From: an uncultured delta proteobacterium
GTDB lineage: Bacteria; Myxococcota; UBA727; VGSZ01
Length of the DNA stretch: 64,000 nucleotides
Reading direction: 5' to 3'
Assembly (NCBI GenBank): GCA_963775425.1
Contig: CAVZJB010000007.1
Coordinates: 272,613 to 336,612, forward strand
Part shown: one piece after another, positions 37,714 through 49,979 of the stretch
Position numbering within the stretch: position 1 is the stretch's first letter
Layout: each line of letters begins with the position of its first letter
Position numbers and translations under genes: made by a program
The notes under the pieces: model-generated
What the model saw: the letters and a program-made list of their open reading frames with translations, nothing else
The model's database searches: none
What the model was told of the DNA's origin: nothing

Positions 37714-39573
37714 TCACTTGCCTCCGAGCAGGTTGCCGACGAGCCCCACGATGCCGACGCCGAGCACGAAGAGGCTCTCTCCCGCGATGAGCCCGCCGCC
37801 GACGAGGCTGGTGGCGCTCATGTCCTCGGGGAGCGCCTCGCCCTCGCCGGGCGATCCCGCGGCGACGACCCGCCGGCGCGCCACGCCGAAGTTGATGAGC
37901 GACGCGACGATGCCGCCGAGGCCGAACCACAAGGACGTATCGAACTCCACGAAGCCGCCGAAGCTCGACGCGTAGGGCGAGGCGATCAGCAGGGAGTCGA
38001 GGATCCAGTCGAAGGTCTTGGTGGCCGACGACGAGCCCTTCCACGCCTTGTAGCGGGGGTGGCGCAGGATGATCTTGCGCAGCACCTCGATGAAGAGCCC
38101 CGCGGCCACGCCGAGCCCCATCACCGAGAGCGTGCGCGACTTGTCGCCGGAGAGCGTGTTGAGCACGCCGACGAACTTGTACGTCATGGTGCTCTGCCAC
38201 TCCTTGCCGCTCTCGCTCGCCGCCTGAATGTTCGGGTGGGCGAAGAGGTTCTCCTTGAGGACCGGGTACGCCTCGAGGAACAAGCGCGTCACCATCACCG
38301 CGAGCAGGGCGCCCATGACGATGCCCACCATCTGGTAGCGGAACTGGATGGTGCGGTTGCTGCCGAGCCGCCAGCCGGTGGAGCGATCCTGCTGCATGTC
38401 GACGCCGACGGTGCACGACACGAGCAGGATGGACCCGCCGAACAGGCCGATGAGCGGGCTGCGCAGGCCGAGCACGCCCATCAAGAGCACGCTGACCACG
38501 AACGCCGACGAGATGGGGTTCTGGTCCGTGATGCCCTGCGAGATGCCGTTCACCATCTGGAAGATGAAGGCCATGAAGATGGCGAACAGCACCCACTGCG
38601 CCGGCACGTGCAGCACCTGCGTGGCGACGATGAGCAGCCCGGTGCCCCACACGCCGACCCACAACAGGAGCCGCTTCACGTTGGTGGGCTGACCGGACCC
38701 CTCGGGCGGCGCCTCGGTGCGCGCGGCGCGCAGGCGCGAAGCGGCGTCCTTGGCGAGGAGCGACATGTCGACGATGGCGGCGCCGAGGATGGTGCCGAGC
38801 GCGAAGATGAACGTGATCTTGCGGTAGGGATCGTCCTCGCCGATGTAGCCGTTGGATCGCAGCCACGGCGTGATCAAGGTGGCGATGACGGCGATGAGGA
38901 TGGCGGACGCGGTGATGCGCGAGCCGCAGATCATGCCCGCGCCGAACGTGGCCGACGAAAAAGCGCCGAACGCGCGGCCCACGCGGGCGCCGAGCACCTT
39001 GGCGAAGCCGCCGCCGATGGCGTCGACGAGCTTGGAGACGAGGAGGCCGCCGCCGATGCCGCCGCCGAGCGTGCCGACGCTGCGCTTGAGGATCTTCGGG
39101 TCCGTAAGCGCGCGCAGGATGTTGGCGACCGCGAGGCCCGAGGGGTAGGTGAGCTTCAGCTTGTCGACGAGGATGGGCGTGTAGAGCATGCCGACGCCGA
39201 TGCCGAACATGCCGATGCACAGGAAGTAGAGGATGAGCTGCCACGCCGGCGGCGGGGGCATGCCGAGCCACACCATGGCCTGGATGAGCACGCCCATGGC
39301 CGACATGGACGCCACCGACGCCGCCATGGTCTGCATGTAGTTGGCGCCGTGCTTACCGTCGGGCCCGTAGCCGAACGTGACGACGCTGCCGAGGATCCCC
39401 GCGAGCACCTGCCCGCCGACGAAGAAGCCGAGCGAGAAGTTCATGTAGCTGGCGGTGATGCCGCCGAGCGGGCCGAGCACGAGGATGGCGACGGCGCCGA
39501 GGAGCACGTAGTAGCCGGGCGTGCCGGTCTTCGGCAGGAACTTCCAACGCTGCGTCGAGGGTGCGTCGCTCAT
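37714..39573 (-). CDS. OPT-family oligopeptide transporter
   Basis: Multi-TM; NYMQTMAAS, LTYPSGLAVA, TDQNPIS, DMQQDRSTGW, GGGLIAGES. Confidence 0.88.
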   Translation of the reverse strand: MSDAPSTQRWKFLPKTGTPGYYVLLGAVAILVLGPLGGITASYMNFSLGFFVGGQVLAGILGSVVTFGYGPDGKHGANYMQTMAASVASMSAMGVLIQAMVWLGMPPPPAWQLILYFLCIGMFGIGVGMLYTPILVDKLKLTYPSGLAVANILRALTDPKILKRSVGTLGGGIGGGLLVSKLVDAIGGGFAKVLGARVGRAFGAFSSATFGAGMICGSRITASAILIAVIATLITPWLRSNGYIGEDDPYRKITFIFALGTILGAAIVDMSLLAKDAASRLRAARTEAPPEGSGQPTNVKRLLLWVGVWGTGLLIVATQVLHVPAQWVLFAIFMAFIFQMVNGISQGITDQNPISSAFVVSVLLMGVLGLRSPLIGLFGGSILLVSCTVGVDMQQDRSTGWRLGSNRTIQFRYQMVGIVMGALLAVMVTRLFLEAYPVLKENLFAHPNIQAASESGKEWQSTMTYKFVGVLNTLSGDKSRTLSVMGLGVAAGLFIEVLRKIILRHPRYKAWKGSSSATKTFDWILDSLLIASPYASSFGGFVEFDTSLWFGLGGIVASLINFGVARRRVVAAGSPGEGEALPEDMSATSLVGGGLIAGESLFVLGVGIVGLVGNLLGGK

Positions 39574-39633
39574 CGCGCCCGCATAGCGGATCCCCCTTCG
39601 TGCGTGAACCGCGAACGCGCGCGGCCTCCCGGC

Positions 39634-40140
39634 TCACAGCGCGCCGGACGGCTCGATGGCGTTGGCCCAACGGGCGTCGCCGACGGTGCCCCAGGTGACG
39701 CGCACGGCTTCCCCCGGCAGGAGGGCCGCGAGCTGCGAGGGGTGCGCATGCACGAGCAACGCGCCGTCGTTGAGCTCGAGCATCCCCGACGACAGGAACA
39801 CGCGTGTCACGGTGCCGTCGTCGGTGCGTGGGTCGGTCACGGTCTGCTGCGCCGACGACGGCTCGATCCACGCGACGCCGCCGTAGTCGACGAAGCTGAT
39901 GCTCACGAGGTCGCCGCTCTCGATGCGGGCGATGTCGATCGGGCGCGCCTGCAGCGTGGTGGTGACGAGCTCGCGGGATCCGGGCACGTCGATGTCGACG
40001 CCGGCGCCGGTGATGCGGATGTGGCCGGTGGCGGCCTCGCGCGTGGTGACGGTGAGCGTCGAGAGGTCGCGATCGACGATGTCGACCGTGCCCTGGACCG
40101 TCTGCACCTGCGCGGCGAGGAGGGCGGCGAGGAAGATCAT
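39634..40140 (-). CDS. Exported two-domain beta-barrel protein (paralogue 3 of 3)
   Basis: Short hydrophobic N-terminus; SD GGAGG; ATGA overlap; motifs shared with the two upstream genes. Confidence 0.75.
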   Translation of the reverse strand: MIFLAALLAAQVQTVQGTVDIVDRDLSTLTVTTREAATGHIRITGAGVDIDVPGSRELVTTTLQARPIDIARIESGDLVSISFVDYGGVAWIEPSSAQQTVTDPRTDDGTVTRVFLSSGMLELNDGALLVHAHPSQLAALLPGEAVRVTWGTVGDARWANAIEPSGAL

Positions 40141-40838
40141 GGTGGCCTCCTGTCCTCGACGTAGCGACCGCCTGCCGCCCCCTGCAGCGTGAGCGCCTGC
40201 ACCCAGACGCCGGCGCCCATGCGCGAAAACGACACCGTCGCGCGCATCCCGGGGAGGACGCCGCGCAGCGCCTCTGGGTGGATACGCAGCCGCGCCCCGC
40301 CGACGTCGACGACGCCGGCCGCGCGATCCTCGGCGGTCACCGTCGCCGTGAGCGCGCCCTCGACCACCGGCGGCGGCGGCGAAGGCGGCATCCACAGGCG
40401 GTCGCCGTAGGCGCGGACGTCGACGTCGACGAGGGTCCCCGCGGCGTAGCGCGCGGCGTCGGCCGGCGTGTCCTGCAGGGTCACGTGGCGGCCGGCGTCG
40501 ACCACGAGGGTGCCCGCCTCGAGGTCGACGCGCTCGACGATGCCGCGGATGCGACGCTCGTCGGCGCCGATGAGGCGCACCGCCGCGGCCACAGGCGACG
40601 GAGGCGACGGAGGCGACGGCGACGGAGGACGCGGCGGCGAAGGCGGCGACCGGTCAAGCGGCGACGCGCGCGCGGGAGCGGGAGCCGCGCCGGCGCCGGT
40701 CCCCTCGGAGGGGGCGCGCAGCCCCTCCGCGGGGGCCTCCGACCGGGGGGGTGCGCCCTTTCTCTCTGAACATGAAATCAACGCGAAGGCGGCTGCACCA
40801 AGCAACAGTAAACGCCTGGTCCAGCCGCCTATCGCCAT
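40137..40838 (-). CDS. Lipoprotein with Pro-rich linker and two beta-barrel domains (paralogue 2 of 3)
   Basis: Lipobox LISC; IRGIVERVD..GTL; LRIHPE.L.G..PG. Confidence 0.72.
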   Translation of the reverse strand: MAIGGWTRRLLLLGAAAFALISCSERKGAPPRSEAPAEGLRAPSEGTGAGAAPAPARASPLDRSPPSPPRPPSPSPPSPPSPVAAAVRLIGADERRIRGIVERVDLEAGTLVVDAGRHVTLQDTPADAARYAAGTLVDVDVRAYGDRLWMPPSPPPPVVEGALTATVTAEDRAAGVVDVGGARLRIHPEALRGVLPGMRATVSFSRMGAGVWVQALTLQGAAGGRYVEDRRPP

Positions 40839-40879
40839 TGTTTCACCGGCAGAGCCGAGGTGCCTCACGGTCGCGAGGC

Positions 40880-41617
40880 CTACTCCTTCTTGTCTTCCTT
40901 CGGCTGCTGCGCCGCGGGCTGCTGCGCCGCGGGCTGCTGCGCCGCGGGCTGCTGCATCTGCGGCTGCACGCGCAGGTAGCCGCTCGTTCCGGTGCCGGTC
41001 CCGAGCGTCTCGACGCCGGCGCCGGCCTCGAGGCCGCTGACCCACGGCTCCGACCCGATCATCGCGTACGTCAGGCTCACGAACTGACCGGGGAACAGGC
41101 CCTGGGTGTCCTCAGGGTGAGCGCGGAAGCGTTGCCCGCGGACCTCGATGAGGCCCTGCGCGCGGTTCACGCCGGTCACCGGACCCGTGAAGGTGCCGGT
41201 CTGCGCCCACGACTGCAACGACGGGGCGGAGTTGGTCGGCTGCACCCAGAGGTTGCCGTTGTAATCGCTGTAGTCGAGGGCGACGACGTCGCCCGGGGTC
41301 ACGTTCATGATGTCGAAGGGCCGCGCGTTCAAGGTCACCGTGCCGGAGAGCCCGGCGCTGCCGCTCGCGCCGGTGTTGCCGTGCAGCACGCGAACGCCAC
41401 CTCTCCCCGAGCCGCGGAGGAGCCCTCCGGAGCCGGTGTCGATGGTGATGGTCGCCCGTTGCAGGTCGACGGACTGTACGGTTCCTTGCAGCGTGCCGAC
41501 CACGAAAGTGCGGCCCACCGGGGCGCCGATCGTCTGCGCCATGGCCGCGGGCGCGAGTGCGAACGCGGCGCTGGCGAAGGCGGCTCCGACCCAGAGGTGC
41601 CGGGATTGCCTTTTCAT
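40880..41617 (-). CDS. Exported two-domain beta-barrel protein with QQPAA tail (paralogue 1 of 3)
   Basis: Signal peptide AMA-Q; SD GGAG; LQGTVQSVD..ATI; FRAHPE..QGL.PG. Confidence 0.78.
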   Translation of the reverse strand: MKRQSRHLWVGAAFASAAFALAPAAMAQTIGAPVGRTFVVGTLQGTVQSVDLQRATITIDTGSGGLLRGSGRGGVRVLHGNTGASGSAGLSGTVTLNARPFDIMNVTPGDVVALDYSDYNGNLWVQPTNSAPSLQSWAQTGTFTGPVTGVNRAQGLIEVRGQRFRAHPEDTQGLFPGQFVSLTYAMIGSEPWVSGLEAGAGVETLGTGTGTSGYLRVQPQMQQPAAQQPAAQQPAAQQPKEDKKE

Positions 41618-42011
41618 ATCAGACTCCGTTCCAGTATTGTGTTGTTCACGATCACACCGTTTGTTTCTGTGATCTACGAAAAGATTAACAACGACCGGAA
41701 GGGATCCGTTCTTTGCTCGCTCGTCTATCGGCTCGCTCACGGTCACCGGCGCCGCGCGCGGTGAGCGCTCACGCGGCATCGATGCGGACGATGGACCTCG
41801 AGCTGCGCGCGCCGAGCGCGCGCCGGGAGCTCACCGACGACGACAAGCCCCAGGACTCCGAAGCGCGGCGGAGGCAGCCCCCGAAGCCCCTCCGGCAACC
41901 GCAGCGACCCGCCACGGCGACGAAGGCGACCTCGGAGTCTGCGGACGCCGCCGCGCGGGGAGCGCGCCGCGACGACAGGCGCCGTGAGCGCGCCGACGCG
42001 CGCGCGGACCG

Positions 42012-44369
<2,358 letters not shown>

Positions 44370-44579
44370 CGGTCTCTCCATCTCGCGCTGTCCTCTGGCG
44401 TCTGCGGGCGTCGCCGACTGGCGCGGGGGTTACGACGCGGCGATGCGCTCGCGCCTCGCTAAACCCTAGGAACGGAAACGCCCCCGACAAGCGCCGGGGG
44501 CACGCACCTTCGGGCAGAAAATTTGTGGCGGCCCGGCGGCGACGGCTAGCGTCGAGCTGCATCCAAGGAGGCCGCCATC

Positions 44580-44723
44580 GTGCCCGCCAACCCGCCGTCG
44601 TTCTGGAAGGGCCTCGCGCTCGCCGTCGCCACGCTCACGGTCTCGACGTGGGCCCTGGGCACACTGTGGCTCCACGCCCAGCCCCCGCCGCAGGGCGAGA
44701 CGGCCCGCATCGCCGCCCGCTGA
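44580..44723 (+). CDS. 47-aa single-TM small protein, absent from the ORF track
   Basis: AAGGAGG 8 nt before GTG; MPANPPSFWKGLALAVATLTVSTWALGTLWLHAQPPPQGETARIAAR; strongly GC3 codons. Confidence 0.6.
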   Translation: MPANPPSFWKGLALAVATLTVSTWALGTLWLHAQPPPQGETARIAAR

Positions 44724-44789
44724 GGCCGAAGCGCCGCGAGACCCGACGACGCGCGCCCGACCAGCGGCGCCCGGCGACGGCGCCGCGGC

Positions 44790-46229
44790 TCACGGCGCGA
44801 ACGAGACGTTGTCGATGCCGGACTCGTCGGCGACGTTGCTGGTGATGTCGATGGTCGTGAACGGTTCGTCGGCGGAGAAGCCGATGAACCCGGCGGCGGT
44901 GTCGGGGACGGGCTTGTCGAACGCGCCGACCCCGGCGACGTCGAAGTGCATGATGAACCCGCTGGAGCGCGCCTTGGTGTCCATCGCGAGCCGTGTCACG
45001 GGCGCGTCGAACACCATTCGGAAGACGCGGGTGTCGCCGGCCTGCGTCTGAAGCCGCACGTATGTGGTGCCGTCGATCGCGTCGTCGCCGCCGCTCACGA
45101 ACGGCGCGGCGTCGAGGCCGCAGGGCGAGGGCTGCGTCCCCGCCTCGACGATGGTGAAGGGCCCGGCGTCGAACGGCGCTCCGTTGAAGGGCGCCTGCGG
45201 CTCGATCTCCACGTCCTCGGTGACCTCGTTGAAGTCGACCGTCGTTTGCCCCGTCCCAAGCGCCAGATCCCAGTCCGCGCGATCCGTGAAGAACGAGATC
45301 GTCGGGGCGCCCGCGCGGACGAAGGAGATGTTGTCGAGGCCGGCGGAGCCCGCGAAGTTGCTGGTGATGTCGATGTGGCTGAAGGCGCTCGGGGCGATGA
45401 AGCCGAAGAACACGGTGGTCTGCGGCACGTCGGCGACGGGATCGCCGGCGTCGGTCAGGAAGTCGAGCTGGTAGCCGGGGAACTGCGCAAGCATGTCCGC
45501 TCCGAACGCGATCTGCGGCGCGTCGAAGTCGAGGGTGGTGACGCGCGAGTCGCCGGACTGCGTCTGCGACCAGAGGTAGGTGGTGTCGTCCGGCGGGACC
45601 TCGGAGCCGTCGAACGGCGGCGGGGAGATGATCGTGGGCACCGCGTCCGTGCCTGTGTCCGAAACGGTGAACGGTCCCGCGTCGAAGGGCGCACCGTTCA
45701 AATCCGGGTCGAGGGCGACGACGGTGGTGATGTCGTTGAAGTCGACGATGTTCACGCTGCCGAAGCCCGCGGCCGTCGCCTCGGCTTCCCACGCCGCCCG
45801 CGACGAGCAGACGATGAAGCCGCTGGCGGCGGAGGCGCAATCGTCGCCTTCGCCCTCGCCCTCGCCCTCGCCTTCCCCTTCGCCTTCGCCTTCGCCTTCG
45901 CCTTCGCCCTCGCCTTCGCCTTCGCCCTCGCCTTCGCCTTCGCCCTCGCCTTCGCCCTCGCCCTCGCCTTCGCCCTCGCCCTCGCCTTCGCCTTCGCCTT
46001 CGCCTTCGCCTTCACCCTCGCCTTCGCCCTCGCCTTCGCCTTCGCCTTCCCCTTCGCCGGCGGGAGCGTCGATGCACAGGCCGTCGGCTTGATTGCAGAC
46101 GGGCAACGAAGCGGGACAGTCGGCGTCGGTGGTGCACGCGGCCTGCTGGCCGAGGATGCGGCACGCGTCGAGCGAGCCCGTGAGCGCGACCAGGACGACG
46201 ACGAGGGAGATCCGGGTACGCATCATCAC
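44790..46229 (-). CDS. Lipoprotein with Cys-rich module, (Gly-Glu)35 linker and two similar acidic beta domains
   Basis: Lipobox-like LDAC; [10 protein letters not shown]; duplicated [32 protein letters not shown]. Confidence 0.82.
   Translation of the reverse strand: MMMRTRISLVVVLVALTGSLDACRILGQQAACTTDADCPASLPVCNQADGLCIDAPAGEGEGEGEGEGEGEGEGEGEGEGEGEGEGEGEGEGEGEGEGEGEGEGEGEGEGEGEGEGEGEGEGEGEGEGDDCASAASGFIVCSSRAAWEAEATAAGFGSVNIVDFNDITTVVALDPDLNGAPFDAGPFTVSDTGTDAVPTIISPPPFDGSEVPPDDTTYLWSQTQSGDSRVTTLDFDAPQIAFGADMLAQFPGYQLDFLTDAGDPVADVPQTTVFFGFIAPSAFSHIDITSNFAGSAGLDNISFVRAGAPTISFFTDRADWDLALGTGQTTVDFNEVTEDVEIEPQAPFNGAPFDAGPFTIVEAGTQPSPCGLDAAPFVSGGDDAIDGTTYVRLQTQAGDTRVFRMVFDAPVTRLAMDTKARSSGFIMHFDVAGVGAFDKPVPDTAAGFIGFSADEPFTTIDITSNVADESGIDNVSFAP
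45849..46058 (-). repeat. Coding hexanucleotide repeat (GGNGAR)35 encoding (GE)35
   Basis: 210 nt, direct count. Confidence 0.92.
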
Positions 46230-47095
46230 TCCGCAACCACCGAGTAGCCGGCGAGCCCGACGCCAGCGAGGGCGACGACGCCGGCGACGCAGGCGACGCC
46301 GATGACGACGGGGCCGTTGTCGAGCGCCGCTTGCTTGTCCTTGGCCGGCGTGTCCGGCCGGCCGAGGCCGTCGTCGAGCGCGAGCGCGTATGACGCCGCG
46401 CCGATGGACACGAGGGCGGCGGCGCCGCCTGCGATCGCGCCACCGAGGAACAGCGCCGACGGCCCGCGGTCAGGCTCCTCTGTGTGCGGGAGCGGCTCGC
46501 CGAACAGCGAAGCGAGGGCCGTGTCGAGCTCGGACGGCAGCTGCTCGGCGTCGCGCACCTCGATGCGCTGGCGCCCGGCGGCCTTCGCGGCGCGCGTGTC
46601 GAAGAGGCTCAGGGTGACGACCGTGAGCGTGCCGAGCCGCCCAAGGGTGCCGAACACGACCCAGCGCGCGCCCATCGCGCCCGCGACCTCGGCCAGGCAC
46701 GACGAGGTTTCGCAGCCGGCCGCCGTCTTGTCCGCCTCGACCTCCACGAGCTGACGAACGTCGCCGGAGGAGACCACCTCGTACTTGCCGAGGCGCGCGA
46801 CGGAGTCCGTGACGAGGCCGTTGATGAGCTTGGTCTGCACGGTGTCGGCGCTCGACACGTCGAGATCGAGCACGAGCACGCGCGGCTTCTCCGGCCGCGG
46901 CGGCGACGGCGACGCCGCGGGTGGCGCCGCCTCGGGGGGCGGCGAGGCCGGCGCCGCCTCGGGGGGCGGCGAGGCCGGCGCCGCCTCGGGGGGCGCGGCA
47001 GGAGCGGTCTCGGGAGGGGCGGGGGGCGTCGAAGGGGTGTCTGCTTGCGCGAACGCCGTGGAGGAAGCCAGCAGCACGACCGCCAGGAATCTCAT
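46226..47095 (-). CDS. Exported protein with CsgG/TolB-N-like domain and C-terminal hydrophobic helices
   Basis: Signal AFA-Q; PPEAAPASP repeats; PRVLVLDL..GCETSSCLAEVAGAMGARWVVFGTLGRLG; alternative start at 47110. Confidence 0.72.
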   Translation of the reverse strand: MRFLAVVLLASSTAFAQADTPSTPPAPPETAPAAPPEAAPASPPPEAAPASPPPEAAPPAASPSPPRPEKPRVLVLDLDVSSADTVQTKLINGLVTDSVARLGKYEVVSSGDVRQLVEVEADKTAAGCETSSCLAEVAGAMGARWVVFGTLGRLGTLTVVTLSLFDTRAAKAAGRQRIEVRDAEQLPSELDTALASLFGEPLPHTEEPDRGPSALFLGGAIAGGAAALVSIGAASYALALDDGLGRPDTPAKDKQAALDNGPVVIGVACVAGVVALAGVGLAGYSVVAE

Positions 47096-47206
47096 GCGAA
47101 TCGTTCGCACGCTCGGCGCATTGTCGCCAGCGAAAACGTCGACGTGGAACGGCGTTGACCCCGTGGTCGATGGGCGGCGCCCGACTCGCGCGAGAAGCGC
47201 GGCCGA

Positions 47207-47809
47207 TCAGGGCTCGGTCTCTTCGACGTCGGCGAGGAGCTGAGCCAGCGGCCACAGCGGCGTGCCGGCGGCGTCGACGCGGTAGACGCTCCAGTGGATG
47301 CCGTCGTCTTCGCCGCCGGGATCGTCGAGGACGCGGCAGGCGTCGACGACGGCGGTGCGCTGGGCGAAGCGAACGACGGCGTCGAGGTCGGCGAGGCTGT
47401 TGGTCTGCATCAGGCGCTCGACCGCGGGGCCCGCGAGCGGGTCCGCCGGCGCCGCCGCGAGGAGCCGGCCGGGCTCGACGAGGCGGAGCCAGAGGGCGCG
47501 CAGGAGCATGAAGCGCCCGAGCTCGTCGCTGCTGTCGTCGACGTGGCGCGCCGCCCAGCGCGCGGCGTCCCGGGCGCCGAGCGCCGTGAACACGCGGGCC
47601 AGGGCGTCGATGCGCGCCTGGCGCGACGCCGCCTGCTGCGCCGGCGAGAGGCGCGGCGCTCTGGCTGCGGCCGCGCGGGGCTTCTTCGCCGGCGCGCGCG
47701 CGGGCTTCTTCGCCGGCGCGCGCGCGGGCCTCTTCGCCGGCGCGCGCGCGGGCTTGTTCTTGGCGGCCCGCTGGGTCTTCTTCTTGGCCTTCTTCTTCTT
47801 CGCCGCCAT
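47207..47809 (-). CDS. Hypothetical protein with basic Lys/Ala/Pro repeat N-terminus
   Basis: MAAKKKKAKKK..(PARAPAK[KR])x3 followed by a helical domain. Confidence 0.7.
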   Translation of the reverse strand: MAAKKKKAKKKTQRAAKNKPARAPAKRPARAPAKKPARAPAKKPRAAAARAPRLSPAQQAASRQARIDALARVFTALGARDAARWAARHVDDSSDELGRFMLLRALWLRLVEPGRLLAAAPADPLAGPAVERLMQTNSLADLDAVVRFAQRTAVVDACRVLDDPGGEDDGIHWSVYRVDAAGTPLWPLAQLLADVEETEP

Positions 47810-47814
47810 ACCGG

Positions 47815-49911
47815 TCACTCGTTGATGGCGTAGACGAACGACGCCTTGGGGAGGCGGAGCCAACGCTCCTGGATGACCTTGCGCATGTCCGCCCAGTCAC
47901 CCTTGTCGGCGTCGACGAATTCCTTCTTCAGCTTGAGCGCCCCGGCCTTGTCGCCGGCGCCCTTCACGTGCAGCACGTCCTTCTCGAGGTCGGCGATGGC
48001 GGGCTTCCACTTGTCGAGGTCGACGGCCATGCAGCCCTTGTCCTTGCCGTTGGCGGCGGTCTCGTCGGCGTGCCACGCGAGCGCGCCCGCCTTGAACAGC
48101 GAGCCCATCTCGATGGACGCGAGCTGGCTGTAGGGCTTGGGCTTGCCGTCGGCGTCGACCATGCCCTGCGCGATGTGACCGAAGGCCCACGACACGTCGT
48201 GGAAGTGGGCGCCGTCGGCCTGCGCCTGCGTGACGGTCTTCTTCCCGACGAGCCAGTCGGCGAAGTACAGCGCGCTGGTCTGCGCCTTGAGCTCCTCGAG
48301 CATGGAGGCGAGGGAGCCGCCGAAGATCTGCTCGTCGGTCTTGCCCTTCACCTTGTACTCGTGCGCCGGCCCGAGGTTGTGCGAGGCCTCGTGGAGCACC
48401 GTGGACATCACGGCGAGCTTGGGGTCGAAGTCGAACTTGTCGAACGACGCCTTGCACAGGAGCGACGACGTCACCTCCTTGAGCGCGTCCTCGCTGTCCT
48501 TGTCCGTGTAGAAGTTCACCATGGCCACGGTGCGGCCGCGGCCCTCGTTGGCCACCGGGCCCCAGTTGGGCAGCGACTCGCCGATGGTGGCGCCCGTGGG
48601 GCTGCGGGCGTCGCCGGCGTTCAGGATCATGTCGATGAAGTCGGGCAGGTGGAAGGTGACGTCGTGGACCTTGTACGGCGGCCCCGCGAGGCCGGCGAGC
48701 TCCGCCTCCATCTCGGTCTTGTGCGGCTCGAGCTTCTTCTGCCACTCGAGCGAGTCGGGGTTCACCTTGGCGAAGCTCACCTGGAAGCCCGCCTTGTGCG
48801 AGCACGGCTCCGAGTAGGTCTCGTCGGGCGCGATGCGCAGGTACCACTTGCTGTTGGTGGACGTCATCTTGGCCCACGCCTCGTCGGCGGGCTGCCAGTC
48901 GCCCGAGAGGAACGACGCCGCCGCCGCCTCGAGGTACGCCTTGAACGCGGCCTCGCCGGGATCCGTGATGGCCGCCGCCGCCGCCTTCAGCTTGTCGCTC
49001 ACCTGCGTCATCTCGGCCTTGTATTCGACCTGGTAGGGGACGGCCTCGAGGTCGTCGGTGGCGGGCTTGCCCTCGGCCTTGCCGCCCTGCTTGTCTTTGA
49101 CGACGACGAATTGGTTCATCAGCGCGTCGGCGTCCTTGCGCTTCTCGAGCACCTGGCAGAAGCCGGGGTAGTCGCCCTGGATGTTCTGCGGGTACATGCC
49201 CGACGCCTTCTTGGGCATCTGCGCGAGCGCGCCGCACGACGGATCCTTCTCGGTCTTGGGCGCCGCGCAGAAGGGGCTCTGGTTTCGATAGTAGAGCTGC
49301 CGCGAGGGCGCGTCGGTGATCTTGTCTTCGAGGCCGTCGACGCCGCGCTGCTTGGCGTAGATCTTCTCGATGAGCTTGGCCGCGGCGAGGACGTTGTCGA
49401 CGATGGCCTTGTCTTCGGCGGAGGCGCTGTTGAAGTCCGTCTCCACGAGCGACGGCCGGCCCTGGCCGAGCTCGTCGATGACGGTGTTGATGCGCTTTTG
49501 CTCCTCGGGCGAGAGCTTCGACCAGTCGTCGGGCGTGGTCATCCGCTGGTACGCGTCGGTCATCTTGGCTGTGAAGTGGCCGGCGGCGTCGACCCAGTCC
49601 GCGCGCGTGGTGTCCGCGACGCCCCAGAGCACCGCGAGCTCGCCGGGCTCGAGCGCCTTGTCGCTGTCGGCGTCGCTGCGCCAGAAGATGGGCAGGTTGA
49701 GCTCCGCGGCGCGGCGGTTGAAGTCGAGGCGCGGGAGCTTGTCGAGCTTCTGCGGCGGCGCGACCGCGGCCACCTTGACCTTGGCCGCGTCGCCCGTGTT
49801 CGCGGCGCCCTTGTCCGAGGCGGGCTTGTCGGCGGGCTCGTCGCAGCCCGAGGCGACGGCGAGTGCGGCGAGGGAGACGGAGAGGGCGATGAAGAGGGCG
49901 GTGCGCTTCAT
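47815..49911 (-). CDS. M49 (dipeptidyl-peptidase III-like) zinc metallopeptidase lipoprotein
   Basis: Lipobox ASGC; GESLPNW, HEASHNLGP (HExxH), LEELKA. Confidence 0.85.
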   Translation of the reverse strand: MKRTALFIALSVSLAALAVASGCDEPADKPASDKGAANTGDAAKVKVAAVAPPQKLDKLPRLDFNRRAAELNLPIFWRSDADSDKALEPGELAVLWGVADTTRADWVDAAGHFTAKMTDAYQRMTTPDDWSKLSPEEQKRINTVIDELGQGRPSLVETDFNSASAEDKAIVDNVLAAAKLIEKIYAKQRGVDGLEDKITDAPSRQLYYRNQSPFCAAPKTEKDPSCGALAQMPKKASGMYPQNIQGDYPGFCQVLEKRKDADALMNQFVVVKDKQGGKAEGKPATDDLEAVPYQVEYKAEMTQVSDKLKAAAAAITDPGEAAFKAYLEAAAASFLSGDWQPADEAWAKMTSTNSKWYLRIAPDETYSEPCSHKAGFQVSFAKVNPDSLEWQKKLEPHKTEMEAELAGLAGPPYKVHDVTFHLPDFIDMILNAGDARSPTGATIGESLPNWGPVANEGRGRTVAMVNFYTDKDSEDALKEVTSSLLCKASFDKFDFDPKLAVMSTVLHEASHNLGPAHEYKVKGKTDEQIFGGSLASMLEELKAQTSALYFADWLVGKKTVTQAQADGAHFHDVSWAFGHIAQGMVDADGKPKPYSQLASIEMGSLFKAGALAWHADETAANGKDKGCMAVDLDKWKPAIADLEKDVLHVKGAGDKAGALKLKKEFVDADKGDWADMRKVIQERWLRLPKASFVYAINE

Positions 49912-49979
49912 GGCGCTTCGATGTTCCGTCCCGGCGCGCCCGTCAACCACCGGAGCCACCGGGGGCGGCCGCCGGCGCG

